DNA of 15,806 nucleotides from Myxococcota bacterium (lineage in GTDB: Bacteria; Myxococcota_A; UBA796; UBA2385). The notes beneath the pieces were generated by a model. The model was not told the origin of the DNA. It did not search any database and saw only the letters and a program-made list of their open reading frames with translations. Positions 7,231-15,703 of this stretch are shown here, piece after piece. The stretch is taken from the NCBI GenBank assembly GCA_044344255.1, contig JBIJDH010000054.1, positions 1 through 15,806 of the forward strand, given 5' to 3'. The number at the start of each line of letters is the position of its first letter. Position 1 is the first letter of the stretch. The translations under genes and the position numbers were made by a program.

Positions 7231-8232
7231 TTAAGCGACCACCGCCCGCCGACCGATCATACCGAGGCTGCGGCGGCCCCAGGCAGCCCACTCCTCGGGG
7301 TGGAACGCGGCCGGGTAGAGAGACATCATCGCGAAAGGGAAGATCCCGAGCCGGAGCGTGAGGTGGGTCGCCAGGTGGAAGATCACGCCGAGGGCAAAGT
7401 AGAGCCCGACGAAGTGGACGCGGTTGAAGGTGCTCCGCAGCCAGCCCCCCCGCTCCCGGGTGTCTCGATAGAAGTAGGCGAGCAGCAACAACGGACCGCA
7501 CCACTCCCACACCCACGTCACCGTCGTCCCCACCTGCGTGAGCCCAAACGCGGCGGCCACCCAGCTTGAGGGCACGACTTGAAACGCAGGGTCGTTCATC
7601 GCAATGTAGAGCGCGCTCATCCCGCCGAAGGGGGTCCAGGAGCTGGCGATCTTCGACACGCCCGCCGCACCGTACACAAATACGAGCTGAACAATCAGCA
7701 GATACCGAGGCCAACTCGCAACTCGAACAGTGTCGGGAGCAGAAAGCCGCCTGTGGCGCCACAGCGACCCCAAGGAGTAGGTCTCGCCTGCTCCCGAGAA
7801 CGCGAGAATCACCGATACATTCCGGAGCAGCATGTCAATGCCCCGATCCGAGGGGGGCAAAACCCGGGCGAACTGCGCCCAGATCATCACCAGGACCACC
7901 GCCGCCAAACGTGGAAACACCCCAAATAGGAGGCCCGCCGCCGCGAGGACCGCGACCCAGAACGCGGCCTCGGTGGTCTCGGCGGTGGCTGGGAACCACT
8001 GGTACAGCTCCGCCGGACTCTTCGCGCCCACCGGGTTGCCGATTCCACCCGCTTCCATCGGCCCGAAGAGGGGGACGACAAGCTCGAGGTGCCAAGCCAG
8101 GAGCAGGTCGACCAGCACCACCAAGCCGACCCCGACCCGTACCAAGGCCAGAGAGCGGGGGTGCTCGGTCCGGCTCCAGAGGCCGGTCCACCAGACGATC
8201 CAGCGGCGGGGCCAACCGGCCAAAGCCGTCAA
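7231..8232 (-). CDS. HTTM-domain membrane protein (SdpB / vitamin-K-dependent gamma-carboxylase-like)
   Basis: SLALVRVGVG, YSLG, WPRYLLIVQLVFVYGAAGVSK..SSW..GG..ALY, TWVWE, GVIFHLATHLTLRLGIFPFAM match the HTTM pattern. TTG start overlaps the upstream stop (TTGA) with a GGAGG SD. Confidence 0.85.
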   Translation of the reverse strand: MTALAGWPRRWIVWWTGLWSRTEHPRSLALVRVGVGLVVLVDLLLAWHLELVVPLFGPMEAGGIGNPVGAKSPAELYQWFPATAETTEAAFWVAVLAAAGLLFGVFPRLAAVVLVMIWAQFARVLPPSDRGIDMLLRNVSVILAFSGAGETYSLGSLWRHRRLSAPDTVRVASWPRYLLIVQLVFVYGAAGVSKIASSWTPFGGMSALYIAMNDPAFQVVPSSWVAAAFGLTQVGTTVTWVWEWCGPLLLLAYFYRDTRERGGWLRSTFNRVHFVGLYFALGVIFHLATHLTLRLGIFPFAMMSLYPAAFHPEEWAAWGRRSLGMIGRRAVVA

Positions 8233-8939
8233 GGCGCTCCTCCCGCCGACGGGCGGCTCTCGAGCTCCGCGCGCCGCCGGAACCGCTCATGGCGGACCGT
8301 CTCCTTCGGCCACTCCCCCTCATCCGGGAGCAGTACATGCAGTCGATCCACGCGGATCGACACCTCAGACCACTCCGGGTGATCTTCGAAGAGCCGCCCG
8401 GCGGCCCAATCGGCGAAACGGTTGAACGCCGTGCCTGGCTTGCTGCGGTCACCCGCGTCATCCCAGACCCCGCGTACCCGCCTGTAGAGTAGCTGGTCGA
8501 GCAGCCAACCATCCCCCTCGGCCGGCGCCCGATAGACCTCGACCCACTCACCGTCCGCCGGCCTGCCCGAGAGGACAAGGCGCCCGGGGTACGGATCGGG
8601 GAAGGCAAACAGGCCCCAGGACTGCCCGGTCCCCGTCCACCGCTTCACCGGACGAAAAGGGCCCATCACAGCCTTCCGAAACCGGATCGCACCGCCGCCG
8701 ACCGAGAGGCTGAAGGCCGCGATCTCCTCCTGGCTGACGTCCAGACCGACGCCCTGCAGGAGGCTCGTCCATCGGCGGAGCTCCTCTTGCGCGACCTTGG
8801 TGCGGAGGTGTTGCTCGCGCAGCTCCGGCAGGGGTAGCGCGTCCAACCCATGCACGACGATCACGAACAAGATGATCAGCCCCCGAAGCAGGGGCCAAGC
8901 GCCCACGATGGCCGGCTCAGGCAAGTCGGGTAGCTCCAT
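8229..8939 (-). CDS. HTTM-partner protein (SdpA/DUF5819-like), N-terminal membrane anchor
   Basis: N-terminal hydrophobic helix ending in VVH, plus a GQSWGLFAFPDP motif (Q-x-W-x-L-F-A-P type) seen in proteins encoded upstream of HTTM genes. Likely ATG at 8939 (GAGG SD), overlapping the 3' end of the phosphorylase gene. Confidence 0.65.
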   Translation of the reverse strand: MELPDLPEPAIVGAWPLLRGLIILFVIVVHGLDALPLPELREQHLRTKVAQEELRRWTSLLQGVGLDVSQEEIAAFSLSVGGGAIRFRKAVMGPFRPVKRWTGTGQSWGLFAFPDPYPGRLVLSGRPADGEWVEVYRAPAEGDGWLLDQLLYRRVRGVWDDAGDRSKPGTAFNRFADWAAGRLFEDHPEWSEVSIRVDRLHVLLPDEGEWPKETVRHERFRRRAELESRPSAGGAP

Positions 8940-10146
8940 CCTGCACCTCAAAGGCCGCCGTCAGCTCCGACATCGCCTCCTCGACGGCTCTCCCGACGTG
9001 CAGGAGCGTCGCGAGCGGCTCACCCGCCTCCACCCAATCTCCCCGCTTGCGGTGGAGGCGCACGCCGACCCCTGGATGCACCGCCTGGTCAGCCCGATTC
9101 CGCCCCGCCCCGACGAGGAACGCCGCGCGACCCACTTCGTAGGCGTCACAGCGCGAGATGAACCCTGCTCGCTGCGAGAGCAGCACACGCTCCTCACAGC
9201 CCGCTCCCCGCAGGGGGGCCTCCGGGTCTCCCCCCTGGGCGCGGACCATCCGACACCACCGCTCATACGCCGCGCCGCTGTCGAGCAGCGCGCGAGCGCG
9301 CGGATCTCCGATGAGCTCGCAGGTCAAGCTCCGCAGGTCTTCTGGGCCCCCTCCCCTCAGGCAGTCCACGGCCTCCTCCACCTCCAGGGCGTTACCCACG
9401 GTGAGGCCGAGCGGCTCGTTCATGTCGGTCAAGCGGGCGGTGGTGTGCACTCCGGCGCCATTGCCCACTCGAACCAGGCTCTGCGCGAGCCGCTCGGCAT
9501 CCGCGAAGGTCTTCATGAAGGCGCCCGAGCCCCACTTCACATCGAGGCTGAGGCGGGTGATGCCCTCCGCAAGCTTCTTCGAGAGGATGCTCGCCGTGAT
9601 GAGGGGGATCGAGGGGACGGTCGAAGTCTCGTTGCGCAAGGCGTAGAGCACCCGGTCGGCCGGAGCGAGCTCGCCGGTCTGTCCGCACATGAAGCAGCCC
9701 ACCCCGTCGAGGAGGGGCCGGAGCTCCACCACCGATAAATCGGTTCGAAAACCGGGGATCGCCTCCAGCTTATCGAGCGTGCCTCCCGTGTGGCCGAGGC
9801 CACGGCCGCTGATCATCGGCACCTTGGCCCCGAGCTCAGCCCACAGTGGCGCGAGCACCAGGCTGACCTTGTCGCCCACACCGCCCGTGCTGTGTTTGTC
9901 CACGATGGGCCCCTCGAGGCCCGGCCAGCGGAGGACGTCGCCCGAACGAGTCATCCCCATCGTCAGCGCAACCGTCTCCTCGTCATTCATTCCGCGAAGG
10001 TAGACGAAGGCCAAGAACGCCGCAGCCTGGGCTCGCGTGATGCTCTCGTCGAGGAGACCGCTGACGAACGCTTCAATTTGCGCCGGGCTGAGCGCGTGCC
10101 CCTCACGCTTGGTCTCCAGGATGCTGTCGATGTGGGTCGAGCGCAT
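8917..10146 (-). CDS. deoA: Thymidine / pyrimidine-nucleoside phosphorylase (DeoA/Pdp family)
   Basis: DKHSTGGVGDK, SGRGLGHTGGTLDKLE, SILSKK, DVKWGSGAFMK, TDMNEPLG, GNALEV. Start re-assigned to ATG at 10146 (TGATG overlap with the deoC stop), 409 aa. Confidence 0.95.
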   Translation of the reverse strand: MRSTHIDSILETKREGHALSPAQIEAFVSGLLDESITRAQAAAFLAFVYLRGMNDEETVALTMGMTRSGDVLRWPGLEGPIVDKHSTGGVGDKVSLVLAPLWAELGAKVPMISGRGLGHTGGTLDKLEAIPGFRTDLSVVELRPLLDGVGCFMCGQTGELAPADRVLYALRNETSTVPSIPLITASILSKKLAEGITRLSLDVKWGSGAFMKTFADAERLAQSLVRVGNGAGVHTTARLTDMNEPLGLTVGNALEVEEAVDCLRGGGPEDLRSLTCELIGDPRARALLDSGAAYERWCRMVRAQGGDPEAPLRGAGCEERVLLSQRAGFISRCDAYEVGRAAFLVGAGRNRADQAVHPGVGVRLHRKRGDWVEAGEPLATLLHVGRAVEEAMSELTAAFEVQDGATRLA

Positions 10147-11000
10147 CAGTAGGCACCCTTCCCGGTCTTCCCCGTCACGATGGCCACGCTTGCGCTGGCT
10201 CCCAGGCGACTCGCGCCAGCGGCGACGAGGCGGCGAGCGTCGTCGGCCGTCCGCACGCCGCCCGACGCTTTGACGCCGAGCTCCGGACCGACCACCGACC
10301 TCATGAGCGCGATGTCTTCGGCCGTGGCGCCGCCGCCACCGAAGCCCGTGCTGGTCTTGACGAAGGCCGCGCCAGCCGCCTTGGAGATGGCGCAAGCCGC
10401 GACCTTCTCTTCGCGGTCGAGCATCGAGGTCTCCAGGATGACCTTGACCGGACGAGACTGTGCTGCCTCGACGACAGCGGCGATGTCGTCGAAGACACCG
10501 TCATAGTCGCGCCCCTTGAGCCACCCGATGTTGAGGACCATGTCGATCTCCGCGGCGCCATCGACGATGGCCTGGCGAGTCTCCGAGCCCTTCGAAGCGG
10601 TGGCCATCGCCCCAAGCGGGAAGCCGACCACGCAGATCGGCATCACCCGGCTCCCAGCGAGCAGCTGAGCCACGAGGCCGATCCAGGTCGAATTGACGCA
10701 CACGCTCGCGAAGCTGTGTTCGCGTGCCTCTTCACAGACCTTGACGATCTCGGCCCGAGTCGCGGTGGGTGAGAGCAGGGTGTGGTCGATGTAGCCGGCG
10801 AGGGCACCGGCGTCGGCCGGGGCCGCGCCGGCCGTGCCGAGGCGGTTGGCGCCCGCCTCGACGAGGAGCGTAAAGCCCGTGGAGTCCTGCCAGGTGCCGT
10901 GAAGGACGGCGTTCGGCGTGACCTCCTCCATCTGCATCCTCTGGCGGACGCGCGCCACCACACGATCGACGATCTGATCCAGGTCCGAGCCAGCAGCCAT
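10146..11000 (-). CDS. deoC: Deoxyribose-phosphate aldolase with ~65-aa N-terminal extension
   Basis: [41 protein letters not shown] (Schiff-base Lys), [17 protein letters not shown]. Likely ATG at 11000 with GGGAG upstream (284 aa). Confidence 0.95.
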   Translation of the reverse strand: MAAGSDLDQIVDRVVARVRQRMQMEEVTPNAVLHGTWQDSTGFTLLVEAGANRLGTAGAAPADAGALAGYIDHTLLSPTATRAEIVKVCEEAREHSFASVCVNSTWIGLVAQLLAGSRVMPICVVGFPLGAMATASKGSETRQAIVDGAAEIDMVLNIGWLKGRDYDGVFDDIAAVVEAAQSRPVKVILETSMLDREEKVAACAISKAAGAAFVKTSTGFGGGGATAEDIALMRSVVGPELGVKASGGVRTADDARRLVAAGASRLGASASVAIVTGKTGKGAY

Positions 11001-11192
11001 GCTTGGTGTCTCCCGCGGAAGCGCCGACGATAACTCGTCGCGCCCCTGACTCCGAGGTCGCTCCGCATCGAGGACCTCACATGCCAGGGCCCCGAAGCAC
11101 ACTGGCGCAGCCTTCGAGCGCCCCTGCTGATGTACACTACGGTGCTCGCCCGCAAGCGGCCGCGCACCTCCACGCAGTGACCCCGAGAGAAC

Positions 11193-14100
11193 ATGACGCT
11201 CGTTGGCTCCGGCGCTCCCCACGCCCGCCCCGCCCGGCGGCGCATCGCCTCCGCCACCCTTGTGCTCGCCCTGCTGTGCACCCCTTGGTTCGCCGGCCCT
11301 TGGAGCACCGCGGCGGAGGCCGACACCGGCTCCGACACCGACTGGTCGTGGACCGACATCAGCAGTGGTGCCCCAAATTCCTGGAGCGATCTCCGCACGA
11401 GCGGGGGCATCGACCTTGGCTTCACCAGCCAGGGCGATTCTGCCACCCTCACGCTGCCGTTCAGCTTCAGCTTTTATGGGGTCACCTACTCAAGCGTCAC
11501 CATCTATCCCTACGGTGTGGTGGTACCTGGAAGCGCGAGCGCCGCGCCGGGACCGTGGAGCGCCGGCACCTGCGTGGACAACGGCTCCGTCTCAGGTCCC
11601 ATCATCGCTCCATACTGGAGCAGCTTTGACCCCACGCTCGGTGGAGCAGTCTACTACCGAAGCTTCCCCAACGGCGTGATCATCGAGTGGGACGGAGTGT
11701 TCGCCGATGTCGCCGACACCAGTGACCAGAAGGTCGGTCTCATCGTCTACAAGTCGGGAGAGCTCGCCTTCCTTTGGAAGGACACCCGTTCGGGCTCGCT
11801 CGCGACCTCCCGCGGTCGTGGCACGACCATCGGCGTGCAAGACGGCACCGGCGACGGCCTGCGCTTCTCCTGCGACGTGCAGATCATGACGAGCTTTGAC
11901 AACGGTCGGTATCTCACGCCATGGGGCACTCGGCAGCTCTCCGGCGACCTCGATGTCACCGCAGCGGACGCCATGCTCAACGGAGCGGGCGCCTCGGAGC
12001 GCTTCGGCTACGCCGTCTCCGCGGCGGGCGACCTCGACGGAGACAGCATCGCTGAGCTGATCGTCGGCGCCCCCTTTGCAGACGGCGGGGCGACCAACGG
12101 GGGGGGAGCTTGGCTCTTCCTCGGCAACGCTCTGAGCGGAACCGTCAGCCAGAGTGACGCCTTTGCCTCCATCCTCGGCTCCGGCGCCTCCGACACCGCG
12201 GGGACATCCCTCCGGGGAGGTGGCGACGTGGACGGCGACGGCATCCCCGACCTGATCCTCGGCGCGCCCGAGGACGATCCCGGGAGCTTCTCGAACGCGG
12301 GGAGCGCTGCGATATTCCTCGGCTCCACCCTGGTCTCCGGTGGGAGCTTCTCCTATGACAGCGCCGATGCGTTGTTCAGCGGAGAGAACGCGGGAGACGC
12401 CGCGGGGACCTCCGTTGATCTCACGGGCGACGTCAACGGCGACGGCTACGACGACATCCTCGTCGGCGCGCCCGAGTATGACGGTGCCGGCTCCAACGTG
12501 GGGATCGCGTACTACCTGACCGGCGGACCCGGCTTGAGTGACCTGGACCTCGGGAGCGCCGATGCGAGCTGGTACGGCGAGGCATCGGACGACGCCGCCG
12601 GAACCCGAGTCCGCTCGGTGGGTGATCTCGACGCCGACGGCTACGATGACATCGCGATCTCCGCGACCGGCAACGACGACGGTGGTACGGAGGCGGGGGC
12701 AACCTACATCGTGCTCGGCGACGTGGCGCTTAGCTCGAGTAAGTCGGTCCGGACCGCCTCCGAGGTCGCGGGCGCCTCCGCTGGCGACGCCTTCGGCTCG
12801 GCCATCGCGCCTGCGGGCGACCTCACCGGCGATGGATACGCGGACCTCCTCATCGGGGGGTGGGACGCGGGCGCCGGAGACGCCGGCGGCGCGTGGCTCG
12901 TCAAGGGCTCACGCGGGGCCTTCGCGGGGAGCGCGGCCACCGCGCACAGCCGCTTCACCGGGGGCACTGGCGATCATATGGGCACCGCCATCGCGCCCAT
13001 CCAGCTCGACGACTCCGGCTCCATCGGCATGGCGGTGGGGGCCTACGCGAGCTCCGGCAGAGGCAGCAATGGCGGCTCGGTGTACATCGTCGGCCCGGCT
13101 GACTTCGGGCTCACGGGCTCCGTAGACGCATCCACCGTCGCGGAAGGGACCCTCACCACCTCGGAGGCCAACGCCTACCTGGGCTTCTCACTGGACGTCG
13201 CCGACTGGAACGGAGACGACTACGACGACGTGGCGACAGGCGCATACGGCGCAGACGGAGACGCCACCTCCTCCGGCGTCGTCTACCTGTTTCACGGCGA
13301 GCCCAGCTATGTCGACCTTGACGGAGACGGCCACCTCAGCACGACCGACGGAGGACTCGACTGTGACGATTCAGACGTCACCTCCGGCCCCGCGAACATC
13401 GAGCTGTGTAACGGCCTCGACGACAACTGCGATGGACAGATAGACGAAGACTTCGAGGATACAGACGGGGATGGCACCGCGGACTGCCTGGACTCCGAGG
13501 TCTGTGACGGCCTCGACAACAACGGCGATGGCAGCATCGACGAGGGCATGCTCGACACCGACGGCGACAGCCTCTGCGACCAGCTCGACTCCGAAGAGTG
13601 TGACGGCCTCGACAATGATGGCGATGGAGGAATCGACGAAGGCTACGACGACCACGACTTCGACGGCATCGCGGACTGCATGGACGTCGAAGAGTGCGAT
13701 GGCTACGATAACGACGGCGACGGCGTAACCGATCCCGGCGAACCCGATACGGACGGGGATGGGGTCGCGGACTGCGCAGACTACGAGTCTTGCGACGGGC
13801 TCGACAACGACGGGGACGGGAGCATCGACGAGGACTTCGAAGACACCGACCGCGACGGCACCGCGGACTGCATCGACGACGAAGACTGCGACGGAATCGA
13901 CAACAATGGAGACGGTCGCACCGACGAAGGCACCGAAGACAGCGACGGCGATGGCCTCTGCGACGACATCGACTTCGAAGACTGCGATGGCATCGACAAC
14001 GACGGCGATGGGCTCATCGATGAGGACTTCGTGGATGGCGATGACGACGGCGTCGCCGATTGCATCGACGGCGAGGACTGCGATGGCATCGACAACAACG

Positions 14101-14612
14101 GAGACGGGACCATCGACGAAGGATACTCAGATGTGGACCACGACACAGTCGCCGACTGCGTCGACAATGAGGAGTGCGACGGCATCGACAACGACGGCGA
14201 CGGCATCGTTGACGAGGGTTACCCCGACCACGACTACGACGGCCGGGCGGACTGTATGGATGCTGAGGACTGTGACGGAGTAGATAACGACGGAGATGGT
14301 CAAGTAGACGTCGGCTACCCTGACGTCGATGGCGACGGCACTGCCGACTGCGTAGACGCCGAAGAGTGCGATGGGGTAGACAACGATGGGGATGGCATCG
14401 CAGACGAAGGCTACGCGGATCGGGACGGGGACGGCGCCGCCGACTGCGTAGATCCGCCGAGCCCACCCTCCGACGACGCCAAGGGTGACGAGGAGGGCTA
14501 CGAAGGAGGCAAGGGTTGCTCGACCTCAGGGGGCCCTGGCGACGGAGCCTCTTGGTCGATCCTCGCGATGCTGGGGGCTTCGCTCACGCTCGGGCGGCGC
14601 CGGCGCCCCTGA
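11193..14612 (+). CDS. Large exported cell-surface protein: signal peptide, NIDO-like N domain, 7-bladed FG-GAP (integrin-alpha-like) propeller, Cys/Asp-rich repeat stalk, MYXO-CTERM-like tail
   Basis: Basic-hydrophobic leader ending [16 protein letters not shown]...IIAPYW; seven G-x-A/S-V...GDxxGDGxxDxxVGA blades; 11 tandem 32-aa repeats; C-terminal GGKGCST...hydrophobic...RRRRP. Confidence 0.88.
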   Translation: MTLVGSGAPHARPARRRIASATLVLALLCTPWFAGPWSTAAEADTGSDTDWSWTDISSGAPNSWSDLRTSGGIDLGFTSQGDSATLTLPFSFSFYGVTYSSVTIYPYGVVVPGSASAAPGPWSAGTCVDNGSVSGPIIAPYWSSFDPTLGGAVYYRSFPNGVIIEWDGVFADVADTSDQKVGLIVYKSGELAFLWKDTRSGSLATSRGRGTTIGVQDGTGDGLRFSCDVQIMTSFDNGRYLTPWGTRQLSGDLDVTAADAMLNGAGASERFGYAVSAAGDLDGDSIAELIVGAPFADGGATNGGGAWLFLGNALSGTVSQSDAFASILGSGASDTAGTSLRGGGDVDGDGIPDLILGAPEDDPGSFSNAGSAAIFLGSTLVSGGSFSYDSADALFSGENAGDAAGTSVDLTGDVNGDGYDDILVGAPEYDGAGSNVGIAYYLTGGPGLSDLDLGSADASWYGEASDDAAGTRVRSVGDLDADGYDDIAISATGNDDGGTEAGATYIVLGDVALSSSKSVRTASEVAGASAGDAFGSAIAPAGDLTGDGYADLLIGGWDAGAGDAGGAWLVKGSRGAFAGSAATAHSRFTGGTGDHMGTAIAPIQLDDSGSIGMAVGAYASSGRGSNGGSVYIVGPADFGLTGSVDASTVAEGTLTTSEANAYLGFSLDVADWNGDDYDDVATGAYGADGDATSSGVVYLFHGEPSYVDLDGDGHLSTTDGGLDCDDSDVTSGPANIELCNGLDDNCDGQIDEDFEDTDGDGTADCLDSEVCDGLDNNGDGSIDEGMLDTDGDSLCDQLDSEECDGLDNDGDGGIDEGYDDHDFDGIADCMDVEECDGYDNDGDGVTDPGEPDTDGDGVADCADYESCDGLDNDGDGSIDEDFEDTDRDGTADCIDDEDCDGIDNNGDGRTDEGTEDSDGDGLCDDIDFEDCDGIDNDGDGLIDEDFVDGDDDGVADCIDGEDCDGIDNNGDGTIDEGYSDVDHDTVADCVDNEECDGIDNDGDGIVDEGYPDHDYDGRADCMDAEDCDGVDNDGDGQVDVGYPDVDGDGTADCVDAEECDGVDNDGDGIADEGYADRDGDGAADCVDPPSPPSDDAKGDEEGYEGGKGCSTSGGPGDGASWSILAMLGASLTLGRRRRP
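11976..13298 (+). repeat. Seven FG-GAP (integrin alpha) repeats
   Basis: Blades with loops [50 protein letters not shown], a degenerate QLDDSGSIG, and [10 protein letters not shown]. Confidence 0.9.
13401..14456 (+). repeat. Eleven tandem 96-bp (32-aa) coding repeats, consensus ExCDGxDNxGDGxxDExxxDxDxDGxADCxDx
   Basis: Counted from the translation: [10 protein letters not shown]... at 13401 to ...AADCVDP at 14456, exactly 11 x 96 nt with no indels. First half resembles the MopE-related putative metal-binding motif; second half resembles thrombospondin type-3 DxDxDG. Confidence 0.93.
14505..14612 (+). other. MYXO-CTERM-like C-terminal sorting signal
   Basis: GGKGCST motif, Gly/Pro spacer, hydrophobic [14 protein letters not shown] and terminal RRRR cluster. 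Confidence 0.75.
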
Positions 14613-14647
14613 CATCGTCCCACACCAACCTGTTTGAGGGGGTCTTC

Positions 14648-15538
14648 GTGACCTGTCCAAAGCGCCTGACTGTTGGGCTCTGCCTGATCGCTCAACTCGT
14701 CGCATGTTCAAGCAAGGACGAGGTCCCTGGGGCGAACGGAGTGTGGGTGCTGGAGGCCGTCGATCAGGGCGCAGCGCGGGCGACCGGTCAGAGCTTCTCT
14801 TTTGAGAGCCCAGACGAGCTGTGGTTCGCCGCCGAGCAGATCGTACCGGGGCTCGCCATGGACTTCCCCGCCTCAGGGGTCCCCCTCTCCCTCTGGGACC
14901 TGGCCCAGTACGAAAACATCGCCGACATCGGCTCCTGTCCCTATTCGGTGGTCGAGGGCGAGTCCCTCGTCTGGAAGACCGGCGGCTGCCGAAGCCAGGG
15001 TGGCTACGAGTGGACCGGCGAGCTCGCGGAGCGCGAGGGCCAGCTCTCGGGGCACGAGGGATGGAAGGAGTACCGCTGGGAGATGGGGCTCGAGATCGTA
15101 GGCGACATCGAGGACCCCACCTTCGAACGGCTCACCCTGGACGGCGATCTCCGCGTCGTTCGCGGAGACGGGGGGTCTTTGGAGGTGGCGGTACAGGTCA
15201 ACGCTCAGGCGGGGGTCGACGGATACTGGGAGCGGGTAAACATCACCGACGCGCGCGAGCGAGCTTGGGCAGACTGGGTGATGACCGCTCGATTCGAGCA
15301 GTCAAGCTCGGGCGTGAAGATGGAGGGGTTGGTCGACCTCGGCGAGCTGGGCGGCCTCGCGTTTCAGGCGGACGCCTTGATCGACAATCCGTCTTGTTCG
15401 GGTGAGCCGGACGGCACCCTCACCCTTTTCCTCAATGAGACGGAGCACCGCCTGACCTTCGATGGATCGACGTCCTGCGACCGATGCGCCGATCTCAGCA
15501 TCGACGGAGAGTTCGCCGGCCGAAGTTGCGGAAGCTGA
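14648..15538 (+). CDS. Putative lipoprotein of unknown function
   Basis: Start re-assigned to GTG at 14648 (GAGGGGG SD), giving MTCPKRLTVGLCLIAQLVAC with an LVAC lipobox (Cys20). Acidic, beta-rich mature part with six Cys; 296 aa. Confidence 0.75.
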   Translation: MTCPKRLTVGLCLIAQLVACSSKDEVPGANGVWVLEAVDQGAARATGQSFSFESPDELWFAAEQIVPGLAMDFPASGVPLSLWDLAQYENIADIGSCPYSVVEGESLVWKTGGCRSQGGYEWTGELAEREGQLSGHEGWKEYRWEMGLEIVGDIEDPTFERLTLDGDLRVVRGDGGSLEVAVQVNAQAGVDGYWERVNITDARERAWADWVMTARFEQSSSGVKMEGLVDLGELGGLAFQADALIDNPSCSGEPDGTLTLFLNETEHRLTFDGSTSCDRCADLSIDGEFAGRSCGS

Positions 15539-15605
15539 ACGCGGCGCTGTTCTCGTCCCCTTCTCCTCACCTTGCGGTTCCCGATCGCCCGCGCCGGGCT
15601 CCGGC

Positions 15606-15631
15606 AAACCCGCCTACGTGACGGCGGGTTT
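15606..15631. terminator. Probable bidirectional terminator hairpin between the lipoprotein gene and the rRNA operon end
   Basis: AAACCCGCC - 8-nt loop - GGCGGGTTT perfect 9-bp inverted repeat between convergent transcription units. Confidence 0.65.
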
Positions 15632-15652
15632 CAAGCACGAACAGAGGATGCG

Positions 15653-15694
15653 GGAAACGAAGAACCCCCGACCGCCAGGGGCGATCGGGGGTTC
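15653..15694 (-). terminator. Intrinsic terminator directly after 5S rRNA
   Basis: Minus strand GAACCCCCGATCGCC-CCT-GGCGGTCGGGGGTTC stem (one G-U pair) followed by TTCGTTTC, about 10 nt past the 5S 3' end. Confidence 0.85.
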
Positions 15695-15703
15695 AGAAAG
15701 ATT

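Noticed and set aside
10147..10395. Extended N-terminus of the phosphorylase ORF
   Set aside because: Lies inside deoC in another frame; homology starts at the ATG at 10146.
11001..11222. Extended N-terminus of deoC in the track
   Set aside because: Overlaps the divergent large gene and spans the likely promoter region; ATG 11000 has an SD-like GGGAG.
11229..11250. Twin-arginine (Tat) signal in the large protein (ARRRIA)
   Set aside because: Lacks the S/T-R-R-x-F-L consensus; a Sec signal with AEA cleavage is more parsimonious.
13401..14456. Regular 96-bp periodicity as a CRISPR array or other non-coding repeat
   Set aside because: Units are in-frame, degenerate at synonymous positions and lack identical repeats with unique spacers; no cas genes present.
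14516..14647. Upstream start of the last ORF
   Set aside because: Overlaps the previous gene; the GTG at 14648 yields an SD and a proper lipoprotein signal.
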